NCBI RefSeq assembly: GCF_947568905.1
Contig: NC_079164.1
Span: 59,830,001-59,894,000, forward strand
Reading direction: 5' to 3'
Length of the DNA stretch: 64,000 nt
Source: Ostrea edulis
Lineage: Eukaryota
Part shown: positions 62,838-64,000 of the stretch, piece after piece
Layout: each line of letters starts with the position of its first letter
Position numbering within the stretch: position 1 is the stretch's first letter
Program-made: the position numbers and the translations under genes
The notes under the pieces: model-generated
What the model was told of the DNA's origin: nothing
The model's database searches: none
What the model saw: the letters and a program-made list of their open reading frames with translations, nothing else

Positions 62838-63545
62838 TGTGCCTACAATTCATAACCTCAGGATGTGCCTACAATTCATAACCTCAGGATGTGCCTACAA
62901 TTCATAACCTCAGGATGTGTCTACAATTCATAACCTCAGGATGTGCCTACAATTCATAACCTCAGGATGTGTCTACAATTCATAACCTCAGGATGTGTCT
63001 ACAATTCATAACCTCAGGATGTGTCTACAATTCATAACCTCAGGATGTGTCTACAATTCATGTCCACCGGATGTGTCTACAATTCATGTCCACCGGATGT
63101 GTCTACAATTCATGTCCATTGGATGTGTCTACAATTCATGTCCATTGGATGTGTCTACAATTCATGTCCATTGGATTTGTCTACAATTTATATCCACCGG
63201 ATGTGTCCACAATTCATGTCCACCGGATGTGTCTACAATTCATGTCCAATGGATGTGTCTACAATTCATGTTCACCGGATGTGTCTACAATTCATGTTCA
63301 CCGGATGTGTCTACAATTTATATCCACCGGATGTGTCCACAATTCATGTCCACCAGATGTGTCTACAATTCATGTCCCGGGATGTGTCTACAATTTCTGT
63401 CCACCAGATGTGTCTACAATTTCTGTCCACCGGATGTGTCTACAATTCATGTTCACCGAATGTGTCTACAATTCATGTCCACCGGATGTGTCTACAATTT
63501 ATGTTCACCGGATGTGTCTACAACTTATGTCCACCGGATGGGTGT
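62838..63545. repeat. 26-bp minisatellite, ~27 copies in two variant domains (GGATGTGTCTACAATTCAT-AACCTCA then -GTCCACC)
   Basis: Direct inspection; variant switch near 63055. Confidence 0.95.
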
Positions 63546-63950
63546 GTCTATGGTGGATAAAAGTTTGAATAGGAGCTGTAATTACATCTAGATTTCGAGA
63601 AAACTGTAATGTAATTGGTATACATCCATATATACAGGAAAGTGGGAAAAGAGATGATTCACCCAGGAAACAAATATTTGCTGCTATTCAAGCATTGAAT
63701 GATTTTTTTTTTTTTTTTTTTTACATCTGTTGTGCAAATATCAAGAAATGGTATGTAGACAAATCAAACATTTAACTTGATATGATAATGTCATGTGTGT
63801 GCACATGTTTCATGTTATTCACATAATAGATCGATGTAAAACAAGATGTATTTGCAAAACACTGATTTTCCCATATGGCAGCAAAGCTGATGATGGCCAA
63901 GGTTAACATTTTTCAAAACTGGGTCAAACTTTACGTCAAAGTCATAAAAT

Positions 63951-64000
63951 AAACAAGAGGCCCATAGGCCACATTGCTCACCTGAGTCACCTTGGTCCAT
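63951..64000 (+). mobile_element. 5' end of another HINE (same family as 51359), cut by the window edge
   Basis: AAACAAGAGGCCCATAGGCCACATTGCTCACCTGAGTCACCTTGGTCCAT aligns with 51359-51408. Confidence 0.8.

Noticed and set aside
62995-63591. Three overlapping 173-198-aa Cys-rich ORFs
   Set aside because: The 26-bp repeat cycles through all frames; not metallothionein-like genes.

Overview
This is eukaryotic, AT-rich, repeat-dense DNA. The Cg170/pearl-type Helentron repeats, Meta/MESC SINEs and Penelope-like fragments point to a bivalve, most likely an oyster (inference). There are three assembly gaps: 9396-9604, 18188-18316 and 27826-27958. Only one recognisable host gene is present: a complete six-exon flavin-containing monooxygenase (FMO5-like, 538 aa, 28868-31499, +). 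A 292-aa intronless orphan ORF (2071-2949, +) sits behind four regularly spaced CRE/ATF-like sites. The rest is decayed LINEs (Tx1/L1, CR1, RTE-X/L2-group), Penelope-like fragments, tRNA-derived SINEs, non-autonomous DNA elements and about 15 mini/satellite arrays. Almost all long ORFs in the supplied track are satellite read-throughs. The most notable structures are: (i) an intact minimal type-I hammerhead ribozyme (52444-52487, -); (ii) a 9-bp-TSD MITE whose interior is seven tandem copies of its own right TIR, with the empty site preserved next door; (iii) a minisatellite born from a SINE's 5' end and A-box; (iv) an AcademH-like element and two TSD-less hairpin elements inserted into minisatellites; (v) a TTAA-flanked Kolobok-like MITE carrying a tRNA-like Pol III cassette. 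I found no clearly new multi-gene system. The recurring theme is two-way traffic between transposon ends and tandem repeats.
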